Source: an uncultured Sulfitobacter sp.
GTDB lineage: Bacteria > Pseudomonadota > Alphaproteobacteria > Rhodobacterales > Rhodobacteraceae
DNA length: 64,000 bases
Assembly (NCBI RefSeq): GCF_964021855.1
Contig: NZ_CAXHZD010000006.1
Location: forward strand, 18,213 to 82,212
Direction: 5' to 3'
The number at the start of each line of letters is the position of its first letter. Within the stretch, counting starts at the first letter, position 1. Below the pieces are notes generated by a model that worked only from the letters and a program-made list of their open reading frames with translations, made no database searches and was not told the origin of the DNA. The position numbers were made by a program, and so were the translations under genes. Positions 54,743 through 64,000 of the stretch are shown in pieces.

Positions 54743-55025
54743 ATGACATATAGAATGACACTTATGGCAGCAACGGCGGGTACGCTTTTTGCAGCTTCCA
54801 CCGCCTTTGCTGGACCAGAGATCGTGCAGGGGCCGGCGTCAATCCGGCCTGTTTTGCTCCATGGGATGACAGTACAAAACACATGCAATGGGATGCGCGC
54901 GAAGGGCCGTTTCGTGTCGCCGTGGTGAATGGCTTGTCGGTAATACATGGCGTATTCAGATGATCAAAACAGCCAAAGCATTTGCCCAAGACCCAACCAA
55001 TGCATCCGCTATCTGCAGCCGTTAA
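54743..55025 (+). pseudogene. 5' remnant of a sugar-type ABC transporter substrate-binding protein gene, with two frameshifts and a truncation
   Basis: The ATG at 54743 has AGGGAGAG upstream. Frame 1 gives MTYRMTLMAATAGTLFAASTAFAGPEIVQGP. A shifted frame gives GVNPACFAPWDDSTKHMQWDAREGPFRVAVVNG. A second shift gives GNTWRIQMIKTAKAFAQDPTNA, followed by a stop. The three pieces are collinear with the N-terminus of periplasmic sugar-binding proteins. Confidence 0.6.
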
Positions 55026-55237
55026 TTTAAGAGCGTAATTTGGTCCCATCGGGTTCATGGTTCTCTCCGAGGTCGGCGATGCCGCCTCATAATGGCATCG
55101 GGGACTGGTGCCTCAAAAAGGTCCGCTGCGAGGTCACCTGAGTTTAGGCGCATCGACATTGGTAGGCGAGGTCATCCGGCCACCGTCCCGATGGGACGTC
55201 TTTACACCCAGACGGGCGTATTCGGTTTTGGATTATT

Positions 55238-55684
55238 TCATGCAGGCAGCACCTCTTTGGTCCAGGCGAAGGTCGTGCCGTCACGCCAGATGCGGGTCAT
55301 GATGACAGCCAATTTTCGCGCAGTCGCGGCGGGGGTTTTTCTCATTCCCCGTCGCGCGACCAGCCGCATGGCCCACGCCTTGAGCGGTGAGAAGCGGGAC
55401 ACGCGTTGGATTAGGATGTTGGCTGCCTCATAAAGGCACCATCACTGCGTTTCGAGATACGCCCCGGCCAATCTGTGCCGCTGGATTGGTGCCGTCTCAG
55501 GGTCGGTCCCAAATACGCACCTACATCTGTTGCTCTGCCACATCGTCGACTTCAGGAGCAATGGTACGAACAATTTCATCAGGATCAGTTGCACACGAGC
55601 CTTCAAAAAGGTCGTGCCAGCATCATCCACAATGCAAAGGGCGCATTGCTCTTGGGCGACATCAATTCCAACGCAGCGTTTCAT
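55238..55684 (-). mobile_element. IS110-family transposase remnant (N-terminal ~70 codons joined to C-terminal ~65 codons; frameshifted and internally deleted)
   Basis: The reverse strand gives MKRCVGIDVAQEQCALCIVDDAG (IS110 DEDD N-terminus) from 55684. In another frame, AANILIQRVSRFSPLKAWAMRLVARRGMRKTPAATARKLAVIMTRIWRDGTTFAWTKEVLPA* ends at 55238, which is a typical IS110 C-terminus. About 150 codons are present, against the ~340 I expect for an intact enzyme. Confidence 0.7.
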
Positions 55685-55890
55685 TGTCGTTCTCCTCTCG
55701 CTTTAGGGGGGTCACCATCGACAATAGCGATGTTTGAAACCTCACAAGCCGGATTCGCCGCAGATACGCCATGTCAGCTATGTGCCGATCTAGCGCACGC
55801 GCTATGTAGATAGACGGTACTTTTGTATCAGCTTTCCAAAGGTCGCCAGACGGAGTAGGCATTCCAATCTTTGAAAGATTGGGAAACACC

Positions 55891-56442
55891 ATGGCGCAGA
55901 ATGCCACCATTTACAAAATTGAACTCTCAGTCTCCGACATGGATCGTCATTATTACGAGGTTCATAAACTGACCGTGGCCAAGCATCCTTCCGAGACGGA
56001 TGAGCGGCTGATGGTCCGCATTGTTGCCTTTGCGCTGAATGCCCACGAACATTTGGAAATGACCAAGGGCCTTTCAACGGATGACGAGCCTGACATTTGG
56101 CAAAAGAGCCTGAGTGGAGAGCTTGATGTGTGGGTGGCTCTCGGACTTCCAAGCGAGAAGGTGGTGCGGCAATCTTGTGGTAAAGCCGGCAAGGTGGTGG
56201 TCTATTCTTACGGCGGCAGGACCGCCGAGATGTGGTGGGATAAGATCAAAAACAGCACCACCCGTTTTGACAATCTTCAAGTGATAAACTTTTCCGAGAC
56301 CGATACAGGCGCACTGGCAAAACTGGCGAGCCGCGCAATGAAGCTGCAGGTGAATATTCAGGACGGCGACGTGATGGTGAGTGTCGATGACAGCGTTGTC
56401 TACGTCACCCCCGTAAAATGGAAGGGTGGCGACCAAAACTAG
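55891..56442 (+). CDS. yaeQ: YaeQ family protein
   Basis: MAQNATIYKIELSVSDMDRHYYEVHKLTVAKHPSETDERLMVRIVAFAL...DDEPDIW is collinear with E. coli YaeQ as I remember it (MALKATIYKA...ARHPSETQERMMLRLLAW...DDEPEAW). Confidence 0.9.
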   Translation: MAQNATIYKIELSVSDMDRHYYEVHKLTVAKHPSETDERLMVRIVAFALNAHEHLEMTKGLSTDDEPDIWQKSLSGELDVWVALGLPSEKVVRQSCGKAGKVVVYSYGGRTAEMWWDKIKNSTTRFDNLQVINFSETDTGALAKLASRAMKLQVNIQDGDVMVSVDDSVVYVTPVKWKGGDQN

Positions 56443-56578
56443 CGTTGGACTGTTCTGCCACGGACTAGAGAATAATCACCTCTGTTGCTTAACCCGTCAT
56501 TGGCGTTGACTGCTCAGAGATATCCCACACAATGGTGCACCCACCTTAAAAAGCGAATGCACCACGCTTAGAGATAAT

Positions 56579-57430
56579 TTAGATCTCAGATAGAAACTGC
56601 GTCACGTCCTGCGCAAACTGATCGGCGTGCTGAAAAAGGAACGCGTGTCCTGCATCAGGATAGATGGCCAGCCGCGCGTTAGGTAGTGCGCGCACCAGTG
56701 CAACCGAGTTCTCGACTGCGAATGCCCTGTCCTGATCGCCATTTGCCACAAGAACCGGGACGTTAATTTTGCCCAACTGTTTGAATGCGCCGTCCTCTCC
56801 GAAAAAGAATTTGCGCGTGGCGGCCCCCTGCGCGGCAACAGTTTGCATCGTCGTTTTGGACGCTGCGCCTGCGGCTGCATCCCCTTGGCCGATACGCGCA
56901 AGCGATGACAGGCCAGCGCTGCGGCTGGTTTCGCTATCGGCATAAAACAAAAACTGCATGTCTTCGGGTGTGTTTACCTCCTTTGTCGCAGTCGCAAGCC
57001 ATTCCTGAGCCGTTGGCACCGTGCCTTCCAATGCAAAGCTCGGTGTGGTTCCAGCGAGGATAAGGCCGCCGATCTGGTCGCCGTATTTGGCGGCGAGGAT
57101 CTGGGCAATCATGCCGCCCATGGACCAGCCCAGCACATGTGGCCTGTCCAGCCCAATGGCTTGCGCTAATCCAATCGCGATATCTGCAGCGCCTTCCAGC
57201 GTATCTGGAACATTGCCCTCGCTTGCGGCGACACCGGCACTGTCAAAGGTGATGACTTGGTATGTGCGCGCCAAAGCGGAAATTAACTGCGGATCCCAGT
57301 CGTCTGTGGCTGCGCGAAAGCGGTTGAGCATCAGTAAAGGCTGACCTTGGCCCGTGCTGCGCCACGCAATTTGTACATCGTCGACCTGCGCAAAATTTGT
57401 TTCATTCGACTTATTTATGTCCAGTGACAT
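56579..57430 (-). CDS. Alpha/beta-fold hydrolase
   Basis: The ATG at 57430 has AAAGGAA upstream. The nucleophile elbow is GWSMGG. It also has LLMLNRF (HG-like region) and a C-terminal PDAGHAF. Confidence 0.85.
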   Translation of the reverse strand: MSLDINKSNETNFAQVDDVQIAWRSTGQGQPLLMLNRFRAATDDWDPQLISALARTYQVITFDSAGVAASEGNVPDTLEGAADIAIGLAQAIGLDRPHVLGWSMGGMIAQILAAKYGDQIGGLILAGTTPSFALEGTVPTAQEWLATATKEVNTPEDMQFLFYADSETSRSAGLSSLARIGQGDAAAGAASKTTMQTVAAQGAATRKFFFGEDGAFKQLGKINVPVLVANGDQDRAFAVENSVALVRALPNARLAIYPDAGHAFLFQHADQFAQDVTQFLSEI

Positions 57431-57458
57431 AGGATTTCCTTTCGGTTGAAGTGGAGTT

Positions 57459-58613
57459 TCAAGAGGCGTGTGTCCGAGTAGCGCGGTGCATTCCGAGAGA
57501 CAGGACAAGGCCAAGAAGAGCAAAAAATGCGCCCGTCACCGGGGCTGCAGCCAGCCCCCATTGCGCGATGGCAAAGGCACCGCAGGCCACGCCAAGCCCC
57601 TGGCCGAGGTAGACCATGGACCCGTTCATCGCGAGCGCGAAGGTTGCGGCTGGTCCCGCTGCGTGGGCGAGGCGGCTTTGGACAATAGGGGCTGTACCAA
57701 ACTGGGAGGTGGGCGCGATCAGGATGCTCAACACCATTGCCACAAGCCCGTAAACGGACGCCGTCCCGATCGAGAGCGGGTAGACGAGAATTGCCAAACC
57801 CAAAGCGATGCCGGCAAAGAGCAGCGGTAGTCCTCTCTGCGTGGGATGTGTGGCAAGGGTGGCCCCAATGCGCAGCCCGACGACGCCCGACAGACCAATC
57901 AGAACCTGTAGACCGGCGATCCCATAGGCACCAAAACCTGTAAGCGCAGAAATTACCGGCCCGATGAAACCAACCATGGAAAACATGGCGGTGAAGGCCA
58001 GCAATGTGACAGCAAGATATCCGTAAGACCGTGCAGGCATAGCGCTGGCACCTTTTGGTACCACATTGGCAGCCAAGTTTGGGACATGGATGGCAACCAG
58101 TACAAGGGAAACGGCGCAGAATGTGGATGTCATCCACAGGCTGGCCCGCCAGTCGAATAGCCCGCCAATCACCGATCCAGCAGGAATGCCGATCATCAGC
58201 GCCAACACAACACCTGCATAGATTGCAGCGATGGTCTTTGCGCGTTTCTCCGCTGGGGCGGCGGCAACGCCCATTGCAACGGCCAGCGGCACCGCAAGCG
58301 CACCCAGGCCGCCGATCAATATGCGCGTTCCCATCAAAGTGGCATAGTCTGGCGCAATGGCCGACCATCCGTTCACCACTGCCAAAAAGGCCAAGGTCGC
58401 CAGCAGCAAAGGTTTCTTACGCCAATTGCGGGTCACGTGAGCGATAAGCGGTCCGCATATCGCACAAGCAAATGCATACCCTGCTTGAAGCGTGGCGGCC
58501 TTCGCAATTGAGACGCCAAGCGATGCTGCCATCGGCTCAAGCAAACCGACAAAGACGAACCCACCTAAAGTAAAGACAAAAGGCACGGTCATAAGGGCGA
58601 GGACGGGCATCAC
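57459..58613 (-). CDS. MFS transporter
   Basis: It has about 12 hydrophobic helices and an MFS-like loop, VTRNWRKKPLL, after TM2. It is in an operon with the thioesterase and the hydrolase. Confidence 0.85.
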   Translation of the reverse strand: MMPVLALMTVPFVFTLGGFVFVGLLEPMAASLGVSIAKAATLQAGYAFACAICGPLIAHVTRNWRKKPLLLATLAFLAVVNGWSAIAPDYATLMGTRILIGGLGALAVPLAVAMGVAAAPAEKRAKTIAAIYAGVVLALMIGIPAGSVIGGLFDWRASLWMTSTFCAVSLVLVAIHVPNLAANVVPKGASAMPARSYGYLAVTLLAFTAMFSMVGFIGPVISALTGFGAYGIAGLQVLIGLSGVVGLRIGATLATHPTQRGLPLLFAGIALGLAILVYPLSIGTASVYGLVAMVLSILIAPTSQFGTAPIVQSRLAHAAGPAATFALAMNGSMVYLGQGLGVACGAFAIAQWGLAAAPVTGAFFALLGLVLSLGMHRATRTHAS

Positions 58614-58614
58614 A

Positions 58615-59139
58615 CTAACCCTTTTTGATGATGCTTAGAAAACATGTGGTTGTGCCTGTTGCCAGAATTCGGCCCGATTGGTCCTCGACGCGTGCTTCGG
58701 CTGAGGCGGTCTGCCGTGTGCGGTCAATCACTGTGCCGATGGCGCGGACCTGTCCCATTTTTGCTGTGATGGGGCGTAGAAATTTGACCTCGGTGCCAAG
58801 CGACACATAGATTTCGCCCGCGTCCAGAATGGTTTGCACCGCACAGCCCATTGCGCTGTCCAGCAACGCCATAGTCCAGCCGCCGTGCACAAGGCCCATG
58901 GGGTTCAGGTACTCTTGCGATGGATTGCCGCGAAACTCTGCGCGGCCTTTTTCAGCGGTCTCGATCCACTGCTGCAAGGTCCGTGCCATCGGGGGCGCAG
59001 GCAAAGCACCTGTTGGGATTGAACGAATGGCCTCGAGTCCTGAAAGCCCGATTACCTGTTCAGGGCGGGCGATTCCGAAGGGGACGTCGGGCATCATACT
59101 TGGGGTGAATTTCGGATCGGCGTTTTTAACATCTTGCAT
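58615..59139 (-). CDS. PaaI-family (hotdog-fold) thioesterase
   Basis: NPMGLVHGGWTMALLDSAMGCAV is the typical PaaI/4HBT catalytic region. Its stop is 1 nt from the MFS start. Confidence 0.8.
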   Translation of the reverse strand: MQDVKNADPKFTPSMMPDVPFGIARPEQVIGLSGLEAIRSIPTGALPAPPMARTLQQWIETAEKGRAEFRGNPSQEYLNPMGLVHGGWTMALLDSAMGCAVQTILDAGEIYVSLGTEVKFLRPITAKMGQVRAIGTVIDRTRQTASAEARVEDQSGRILATGTTTCFLSIIKKG

Positions 59140-59347
59140 GGCTTGGTCCTCGGTAAGGCAAAGGTTGAGCCTCCGGTGGGAGGGCGTGCATTAAGCGTGC
59201 GATCATAATCTAAGTGAGTCAATAATAGAGTTTGATTGTAATCTATGTTACGTCACGTTAGATGTCGTTCGATATCTTATCGCGCCGAACCGGCCGGCCA
59301 ATCCCGCTGCGGGGGCAGGGGTCACGTTAACAAAAGGGGCAAATCAG

Positions 59348-59917
59348 ATGAGAGTGAGCCGCGAGACTGCAAAGAAGAACCGACAAAACGTTGTGCGTAC
59401 GGCCAGTGAGCAGTTTCGCACGCACGGCTATGATGGCATCGGCATCGCAAGCCTGATGAAAGCTGCGGGGATGACCCAAGGTGGTTTTTATAAACAGTTC
59501 GAGAATAAGGAGGCGCTTGAATGTGAAGCGACCGAGCTGGCCTTGAATGATAACTTCGAACTCTGGGCCAAGACGACAGCAGGGGAGAGCGACCCGGTGG
59601 CCGCACTTAAGGAGTGGTATTTGTCGCCTCAACATCTTTCTGCGGTCGGGCAGGGCTGTGCCTATGCCACGCTGGCTGCTGAAGCAAACCGCCAGCGTCC
59701 AGCATTGCAGAAAATTTTCAATGCCGCCGTCGCGCAGCAGATCGAATTTTTAGCCCAAGCACTTGGCGACAAACCTGACAGTCGGGCAGAGGCCATTCAA
59801 ACAATGTCGCAGATGATTGGCGCATTGATTTTGGCCCGCTCAATCGACGACGAAGACTTGCAGCAAGAGATCCTGACGGCGGGAAAATTACCCGCGGCCC
59901 AGAACCATAGTGAATAG
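59348..59917 (+). CDS. TetR/AcrR-family transcriptional regulator
   Basis: The N-terminal HTH is VVRTASEQFRTHGYDGIGIASLMKAAGMTQGGFYKQFENKEAL. It is divergent from the thioesterase-MFS-hydrolase operon. Confidence 0.9.
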   Translation: MRVSRETAKKNRQNVVRTASEQFRTHGYDGIGIASLMKAAGMTQGGFYKQFENKEALECEATELALNDNFELWAKTTAGESDPVAALKEWYLSPQHLSAVGQGCAYATLAAEANRQRPALQKIFNAAVAQQIEFLAQALGDKPDSRAEAIQTMSQMIGALILARSIDDEDLQQEILTAGKLPAAQNHSE

Positions 59918-60017
59918 AGAACGGTTTTTGCAGGAAACGGATTTGGTCAAAAATGCTGGTTCGCGCTAGATTGACCAGCTTCGAAAAGGCGTGTGATTGA
60001 ATGTGGGCGGCTCGAAC

Positions 60018-60788
60018 CTACCGTGCGCCGTGCATGTCATGCGCAGCAGGTCCGTCCACGATCATAACAGGGTTCCCGCGTGAGCAACGTTCGACCCGGC
60101 TTTCAATACCATAAAGGCGACGGATCAGGGCAGGGGTCAAAACGTCGAGGGTGGGACCGCAGGCAAGGGTGCGCCCTTCGGCCAGTGCTATGGTCGTAGA
60201 GCAGCAGCGCATCACCTGGTTCAAATCGTGCATAGCCAAGATCAACACCGCTTGCGTTTCCTCGGCATAAAGACGCAGTGACTCTAACACTTCATACTGG
60301 CGGTTGAGGTCCAGCGCTGAGGTTGGCTCGTCCATGAGAACGACTTTTGGACGGCTCACGAGCGTCTGTGCAATTGAAACCGCCTGCCGCTGCCCGCCGG
60401 AAAGCTCCGACAGTTGTTGATCCACCAAGTGCGTGATGTTGAAGCGGTGCACGGTTTCGTCAACGGCGCGCAGTTCTTCAGTGCTCAACCGCCAGCCACC
60501 GCCGCCCTGTTTCAGGGATAGTATGATTGATTCATAGACCGTTAGCGCGGCCGTCATGCCTGTATCTTGGGGCATATACCGCAGGTCATGGGTATGGGCC
60601 CCTTCTAATCGAACGGCACCCGCACCACGTAAATGTCCGGCGATGCGGCGAAATAGGGTGGATTTTCCGGCCGCATTCGCCCCCACTAATGCCGTCAACA
60701 TACCGCCTTGCAAACTTGCTGAGGCATCAAAAAGGATTTGGCGCCGGCCATAGCGCGCGCCAACCTTGTCTAAGGTCAGGCTTACCAT
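60018..60788 (-). CDS. ABC transporter ATP-binding protein (iron-siderophore/cobalamin importer type)
   Basis: Walker A is GANAAGKST, the signature is LSGGQRQ, and Walker B is VVLMDEPTSALD. It overlaps the permease gene by 7 nt. Confidence 0.9.
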   Translation of the reverse strand: MVSLTLDKVGARYGRRQILFDASASLQGGMLTALVGANAAGKSTLFRRIAGHLRGAGAVRLEGAHTHDLRYMPQDTGMTAALTVYESIILSLKQGGGGWRLSTEELRAVDETVHRFNITHLVDQQLSELSGGQRQAVSIAQTLVSRPKVVLMDEPTSALDLNRQYEVLESLRLYAEETQAVLILAMHDLNQVMRCCSTTIALAEGRTLACGPTLDVLTPALIRRLYGIESRVERCSRGNPVMIVDGPAAHDMHGAR

Positions 60789-61849
60789 GATTTGCGTCCC
60801 TTCGTCAGGATCAATGCCGCAAAGAACGGCACCCCTACAAGGGCGGTGATAATTCCGATAGGAAGCACGGCGCCCGGCAGGATTGCCTTGGACAGAACTG
60901 ACGTGGCCGAAAGGATTACTGCGCCGGACAGCATCGAACCGGGCAGGAAAAACCGCTGGTCTTCGCCCAAAAGCAGCCGCGCCACATGGGGCCCGACGAT
61001 GCCGATGAATCCGATCGTGCCGACAAAGCTTATCGGCACCGCGGCAAGAACCGAGACCAACACCAAGGCCTCAAGCCGCAGTCGTTTCACGGGCACCCCC
61101 ATAGCCGAGGCCCGAACTTCGCCAAGCCGTATTGCGGTTAGCGCCCAAGCGCGTCGGGCAAACAGCGGCGTGCAGATTGCCAAAATGATCGCTGTGACTG
61201 CGACCTTGCCCCATGTGGCCTTGGACAGGCTTCCCATGGTCCAGAAAACGACTGCCGAAAGTGCTTGCTCGGAGGCAAAATATTGAAGCAAGGCCAGCGC
61301 TGCATTAAAGGAAAACACCAACGCGATGCCCAATAATACGATCGTTTCCACCGTCACGCCCCTAAGCGTCGACAGGCCAAAAATCAAAAGTGAAGCCGCC
61401 ATAGCCATGGCAAAAGCATTGATTGGTACCATCAAAGAAATGGCGCCGGGAAACAAAGAAACGCCCAGTACCATCGCCAAGGCCGCCCCGAAACTTGCAG
61501 CCGCCGAAAGGCCCAAGGTAAAGGGACTCGCCAGCGGGTTTGCCAAAATCGTCTGCATCTGCGCGCCGGCCAGCGACAGGCTTGCCCCAACTGTAACAGC
61601 AAGCAATGCCATCGGCATCCGAATGTCCCAGACAACGACCCGTATCTGCAAGTCTGCGGCACCCGGCGCAAAAAGTGTTTTCAGTACGTCCCACACGGCA
61701 TAGCGCGCAGGCCCCAGTGATACGTCCACCGCCACCGACAACACCAGCGCCACGGTCAATCCGCCAAGGATCGCGATGCGGCGGGCCACCAGCCCGCGGT
61801 AACTTTGTACGCTTGCGGATTCTGATGGATCTAATTCGGCGGTTGTCAT
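60782..61849 (-). CDS. FecCD-family ABC transporter permease
   Basis: RMPMALLAVTVGASLSLAGAQMQTILANPLASPFTLGLSAAASFGAAL is the typical FecCD/BtuC signature region. About 9-10 TM helices are visible. Confidence 0.9.
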   Translation of the reverse strand: MTTAELDPSESASVQSYRGLVARRIAILGGLTVALVLSVAVDVSLGPARYAVWDVLKTLFAPGAADLQIRVVVWDIRMPMALLAVTVGASLSLAGAQMQTILANPLASPFTLGLSAAASFGAALAMVLGVSLFPGAISLMVPINAFAMAMAASLLIFGLSTLRGVTVETIVLLGIALVFSFNAALALLQYFASEQALSAVVFWTMGSLSKATWGKVAVTAIILAICTPLFARRAWALTAIRLGEVRASAMGVPVKRLRLEALVLVSVLAAVPISFVGTIGFIGIVGPHVARLLLGEDQRFFLPGSMLSGAVILSATSVLSKAILPGAVLPIGIITALVGVPFFAALILTKGRKSW

Positions 61850-61909
61850 CGTGTATCCAATGGTATTCGGCGGCCCATTACGGGCCGCCCAGTTTAGATG
61901 AAAACAGAC

Positions 61910-63046
61910 TTAGTTGTTGGCTGTGTCACCAAGAGAAACCCAATAGCCTGGGCTGTAATCCACTGGCAAAAAGCGGGAATGCAGCTCTTTCAGCGTCGCT
62001 TCGGGGTCGAGATCAGGGAACAGGTCGGGGTGAAGCCATGTTGCCAACCTTTGCACCGCGATGAAGCTGTAGGGCGAGTTGTAAAATTGGTGCCAAATGC
62101 CGTGTACTTGACCGTTATTTACTGCTTTCACGCCTGTATAAGCGGGCCGCTCCATCAGGGCTGCAAGTTTCCGATCTGCTTCGGCCATGTCCGAGCCGGG
62201 CCCCATGCCAATCCATGCGCCGCCGGGTACATAAGCGTCCCAATTGCCGCCCGTAACCACGATTTGATCCGGGTCCGACGCGATGACTTGTTCGGCGTTC
62301 ACCGTGCCAAAGGTGCCGGGAATAAATTCCGACCCCATGTTGGTGCCCCCAGCAAGTTCGACGAAACGGCCAAAGTTGCCGTTACCAAAGGACATGCAGC
62401 AATCCTCGGAATAGCCACCGGCGCGCTCGACGAAGACCAGCGGACGCTGCAGATCTTTTTGCGATGCGATAACATCGGTGACGCGCGCAAGCTGTTCTTC
62501 GTAGAAGGCCTGGAATTCAGCGGCTTTATCGTCCTCGCCAAAGAGCTTGCCGACGATATTCATCGACTGTGTGGTGTTCTCGAACGGCTTTTCACGAAAA
62601 TCTACATATACGATGGGGATGCCGACCTTGGCCAACTTGGCCTCGTATCCTGCTTCGTCCGTCGCGGCCTTTGATTCAAGGTTCATGATCAATACATCGG
62701 GGTTCAACGACACCGCTTGCTCGATATCAAAAGACCCGTCCTTGAACCCGCCAAAGGTCTCGATATCCTTCAGTTGCGGAAATTTCTCGGCGTAAATATC
62801 ATAGCTTTCCGGCGAGGCTTGGCGGAGATCGTCGCGCCAGCCAACTACGCGGTTGAAGGGGTTTTCGTTATCCAAAACGGCGGTAAAGAAGACCTGCCGA
62901 CCCTCGCCCAGAATAACGCGCTCGACCGGTGCATCGACCGTAACCTCGCGACCGGCGATGTCGGTCAGGGTGATGGGATCGGCTTGCACAAGGCTGGCTG
63001 CGAAAAGACTCAGCGCACTGGCGCAGAGAAGAGGACGAAGGGTCAT
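61910..63046 (-). CDS. Periplasmic substrate-binding protein of the iron-siderophore/cobalamin ABC class
   Basis: The ATG at 63046 has AGGAG upstream. The signal peptide is MTLRPLLCASALSLFAASLVQA. It contains LTDIAGREVTVDAPVERVIL and DVLIMN. It is the first gene of the importer operon. Confidence 0.8.
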   Translation of the reverse strand: MTLRPLLCASALSLFAASLVQADPITLTDIAGREVTVDAPVERVILGEGRQVFFTAVLDNENPFNRVVGWRDDLRQASPESYDIYAEKFPQLKDIETFGGFKDGSFDIEQAVSLNPDVLIMNLESKAATDEAGYEAKLAKVGIPIVYVDFREKPFENTTQSMNIVGKLFGEDDKAAEFQAFYEEQLARVTDVIASQKDLQRPLVFVERAGGYSEDCCMSFGNGNFGRFVELAGGTNMGSEFIPGTFGTVNAEQVIASDPDQIVVTGGNWDAYVPGGAWIGMGPGSDMAEADRKLAALMERPAYTGVKAVNNGQVHGIWHQFYNSPYSFIAVQRLATWLHPDLFPDLDPEATLKELHSRFLPVDYSPGYWVSLGDTANN

Positions 63047-63168
63047 GTAAAGCTCCTGAAGAATAATCTCTTCAAACCGCCTAGTATTCCCGACTGTTCT
63101 AGTCAATTAACAAGTTGACTGTTTTACTCGACTAAATGAAACAGCGATAACACCATCAGAGTAACATC

Positions 63169-63936
63169 ATGACATCAACCAACCGAGATTTGCGCGACGA
63201 TATCCGCGACTATTGGTCAGATCGCGCGGCCACGTTTGACGATGACCCTGGCCATCGCATTGATGACGGTGCCGAAATGGCGGCATGGGAGGTTCTGTTT
63301 CGGCGTCACCTTGGCGATGGGGACGGGCGCGCGCTCCTTGATCTTGCATCAGGCACAGGGGAAATCTCGCGCTTGTGCCAGCGGCTGGGTTTTGCTGTCA
63401 CGGGCCTTGATTGGGCGGAACCGATGCTGGAGCGCGCGCGCGTAAAACTGCCGGGCGTGACATTAATACAGGCCGATGCAGAGCGCACAACGCTGCCCCC
63501 GGCAAGCATGGATGTAATCGTAACACGCCATCTGGTCTGGACCTTGGTGGACCCGATGGCCGCCTTTGCCGAATGGTTTCGCGTGCTCAAGCCGGAAGGA
63601 AAATTGCTGATTGTGGATGGCGATTTTGTGTCCCGTAGTCTGCTGGGCCGGATATTTCAGCGGATGGTGCCAACTGGATCGCACAGTGCAATGTCCGATA
63701 ACAATGCCGAGCGCCACAAGGATATCCTCGCCAGGGTGCATTTCAGCGGTGGCGCACGGGCCGATCAAGTGGCTGCATTGCTATCTTCCAGTGGATACGA
63801 CGAGATAACTATCGATAAACGGCTTGCACCGATCCATCGCGCACAGGCCCCACATTTCGACTGGCGAAAATCACTTCTGCGGCGATCCGAACATCGCTAT
63901 GCAATTTGCGCGACCAAGCCTAGAATGCCTGAATAG
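63169..63936 (+). CDS. Class I SAM-dependent methyltransferase
   Basis: Motif I is LLDLASGTGE. It also has DVIVTRHLVW and LKPEGKLLIVDG. Confidence 0.85.
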   Translation: MTSTNRDLRDDIRDYWSDRAATFDDDPGHRIDDGAEMAAWEVLFRRHLGDGDGRALLDLASGTGEISRLCQRLGFAVTGLDWAEPMLERARVKLPGVTLIQADAERTTLPPASMDVIVTRHLVWTLVDPMAAFAEWFRVLKPEGKLLIVDGDFVSRSLLGRIFQRMVPTGSHSAMSDNNAERHKDILARVHFSGGARADQVAALLSSSGYDEITIDKRLAPIHRAQAPHFDWRKSLLRRSEHRYAICATKPRMPE

Positions 63937-64000
63937 AACATCAAAAGCAGCACGCTACGCATATCACCGCATCCACGAGCCCGACCAAGATGGACACGCT

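Noticed and set aside
57415-58368. A 317-aa ORF on the same strand as the MFS gene but in another frame.
   Set aside because: Its translation is rich in Cys, Arg, His and Trp and looks nonsensical, whereas the overlapping frame gives a clean 12-TM MFS profile.
59252-59329. A 9-nt direct repeat GTCACGTTA (59252-59260 and 59321-59329) and the small palindrome ACGTCACGT in the TetR/thioesterase divergent promoter region.
   Set aside because: These are too short to distinguish from chance without comparative or binding data.
61898-62674. A 258-aa plus-strand ORF antisense to the substrate-binding protein gene, with similar antisense ORFs at 51828-52532 and 25324-25983.
   Set aside because: I see no SD and no family features, and the opposite strand in each case carries a gene with clear signatures.
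63100-63125. An inverted repeat AGTCAA-N8-TTGACT, plus a TGA-N9-TCG near-match to a rhizobial iron-control (TGA-N9-TCA) box, between the iron-type importer operon and the methyltransferase gene.
   Set aside because: The arms are only 6 bp and the match to the remembered consensus is imperfect, so I cannot support it as a regulatory site.
1-64000. A search for CRISPR arrays, tRNA or rRNA genes, and a canonical T1SS (ABC exporter with or without a C39 domain, TolC-like outer-membrane factor).
   Set aside because: No spacer-repeat architecture is present; every tandem repeat seen is in-frame coding repeat. No tRNA-like T-arm/acceptor pattern turned up in the intergenic regions. The only ABC ATPase (60018-60788) belongs to a FecCD-type importer.

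Overview
This 64-kb window comes from a Gram-negative, probably proteobacterial, replicon; that assignment is an inference from gene content (rlmF, yaeQ, HlyD-type adaptors, FecCD-type importer) and GC-rich coding sequence. Large envelope and surface genes dominate it. (1) nt 2-24451 is one uninterrupted ORF of more than 8,138 aa. It is still open at the left window edge and carries Ig-like repeats, Calx-beta-like modules, GGxGxD (RTX-type) Ca-binding repeats and two CBM-like modules, so it looks like a type I secretion (T1SS) substrate or adhesin. (2) Directly downstream lies a tightly coupled four-gene operon (24583-31384). It encodes a tandem-GAF membrane-fusion protein, a site-2 (M50) metalloprotease fused to an RRE/PqqD-like N-terminus and a HlyD-like C-terminus, a C-terminally truncated SecA-like ATPase, and a third HlyD-type adaptor. 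There is no ABC exporter or TolC-like gene nearby. I consider this the best candidate for an undescribed export/processing system. (3) An AT-richer islet (31.4-32.9 kb) holds a secreted lambda-R/GH104-like muramidase and an IS3 OrfA fragment. (4) A minus-strand operon (41928-32894) encodes three DUF11-type proteins of 170, 879 and about 1,912 aa; the largest ends in a very large predicted beta-barrel. (5) A divergent orphan response regulator and Hpt pair sits next to it. (6) A 1,957-aa GEVED/DUF11/SdrD-B-like secreted protein follows. The right third is housekeeping and accessory: rlmF, a PQQ sugar dehydrogenase with cytochrome c, GntR, a decayed substrate-binding-protein (SBP) gene next to an IS110 remnant, yaeQ, a TetR-controlled thioesterase/MFS/hydrolase operon, an iron-type ABC importer and a SAM methyltransferase. 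I saw no rRNA, tRNA or CRISPR array. All functional calls rest on motif and architecture recognition by eye; no database search was possible.
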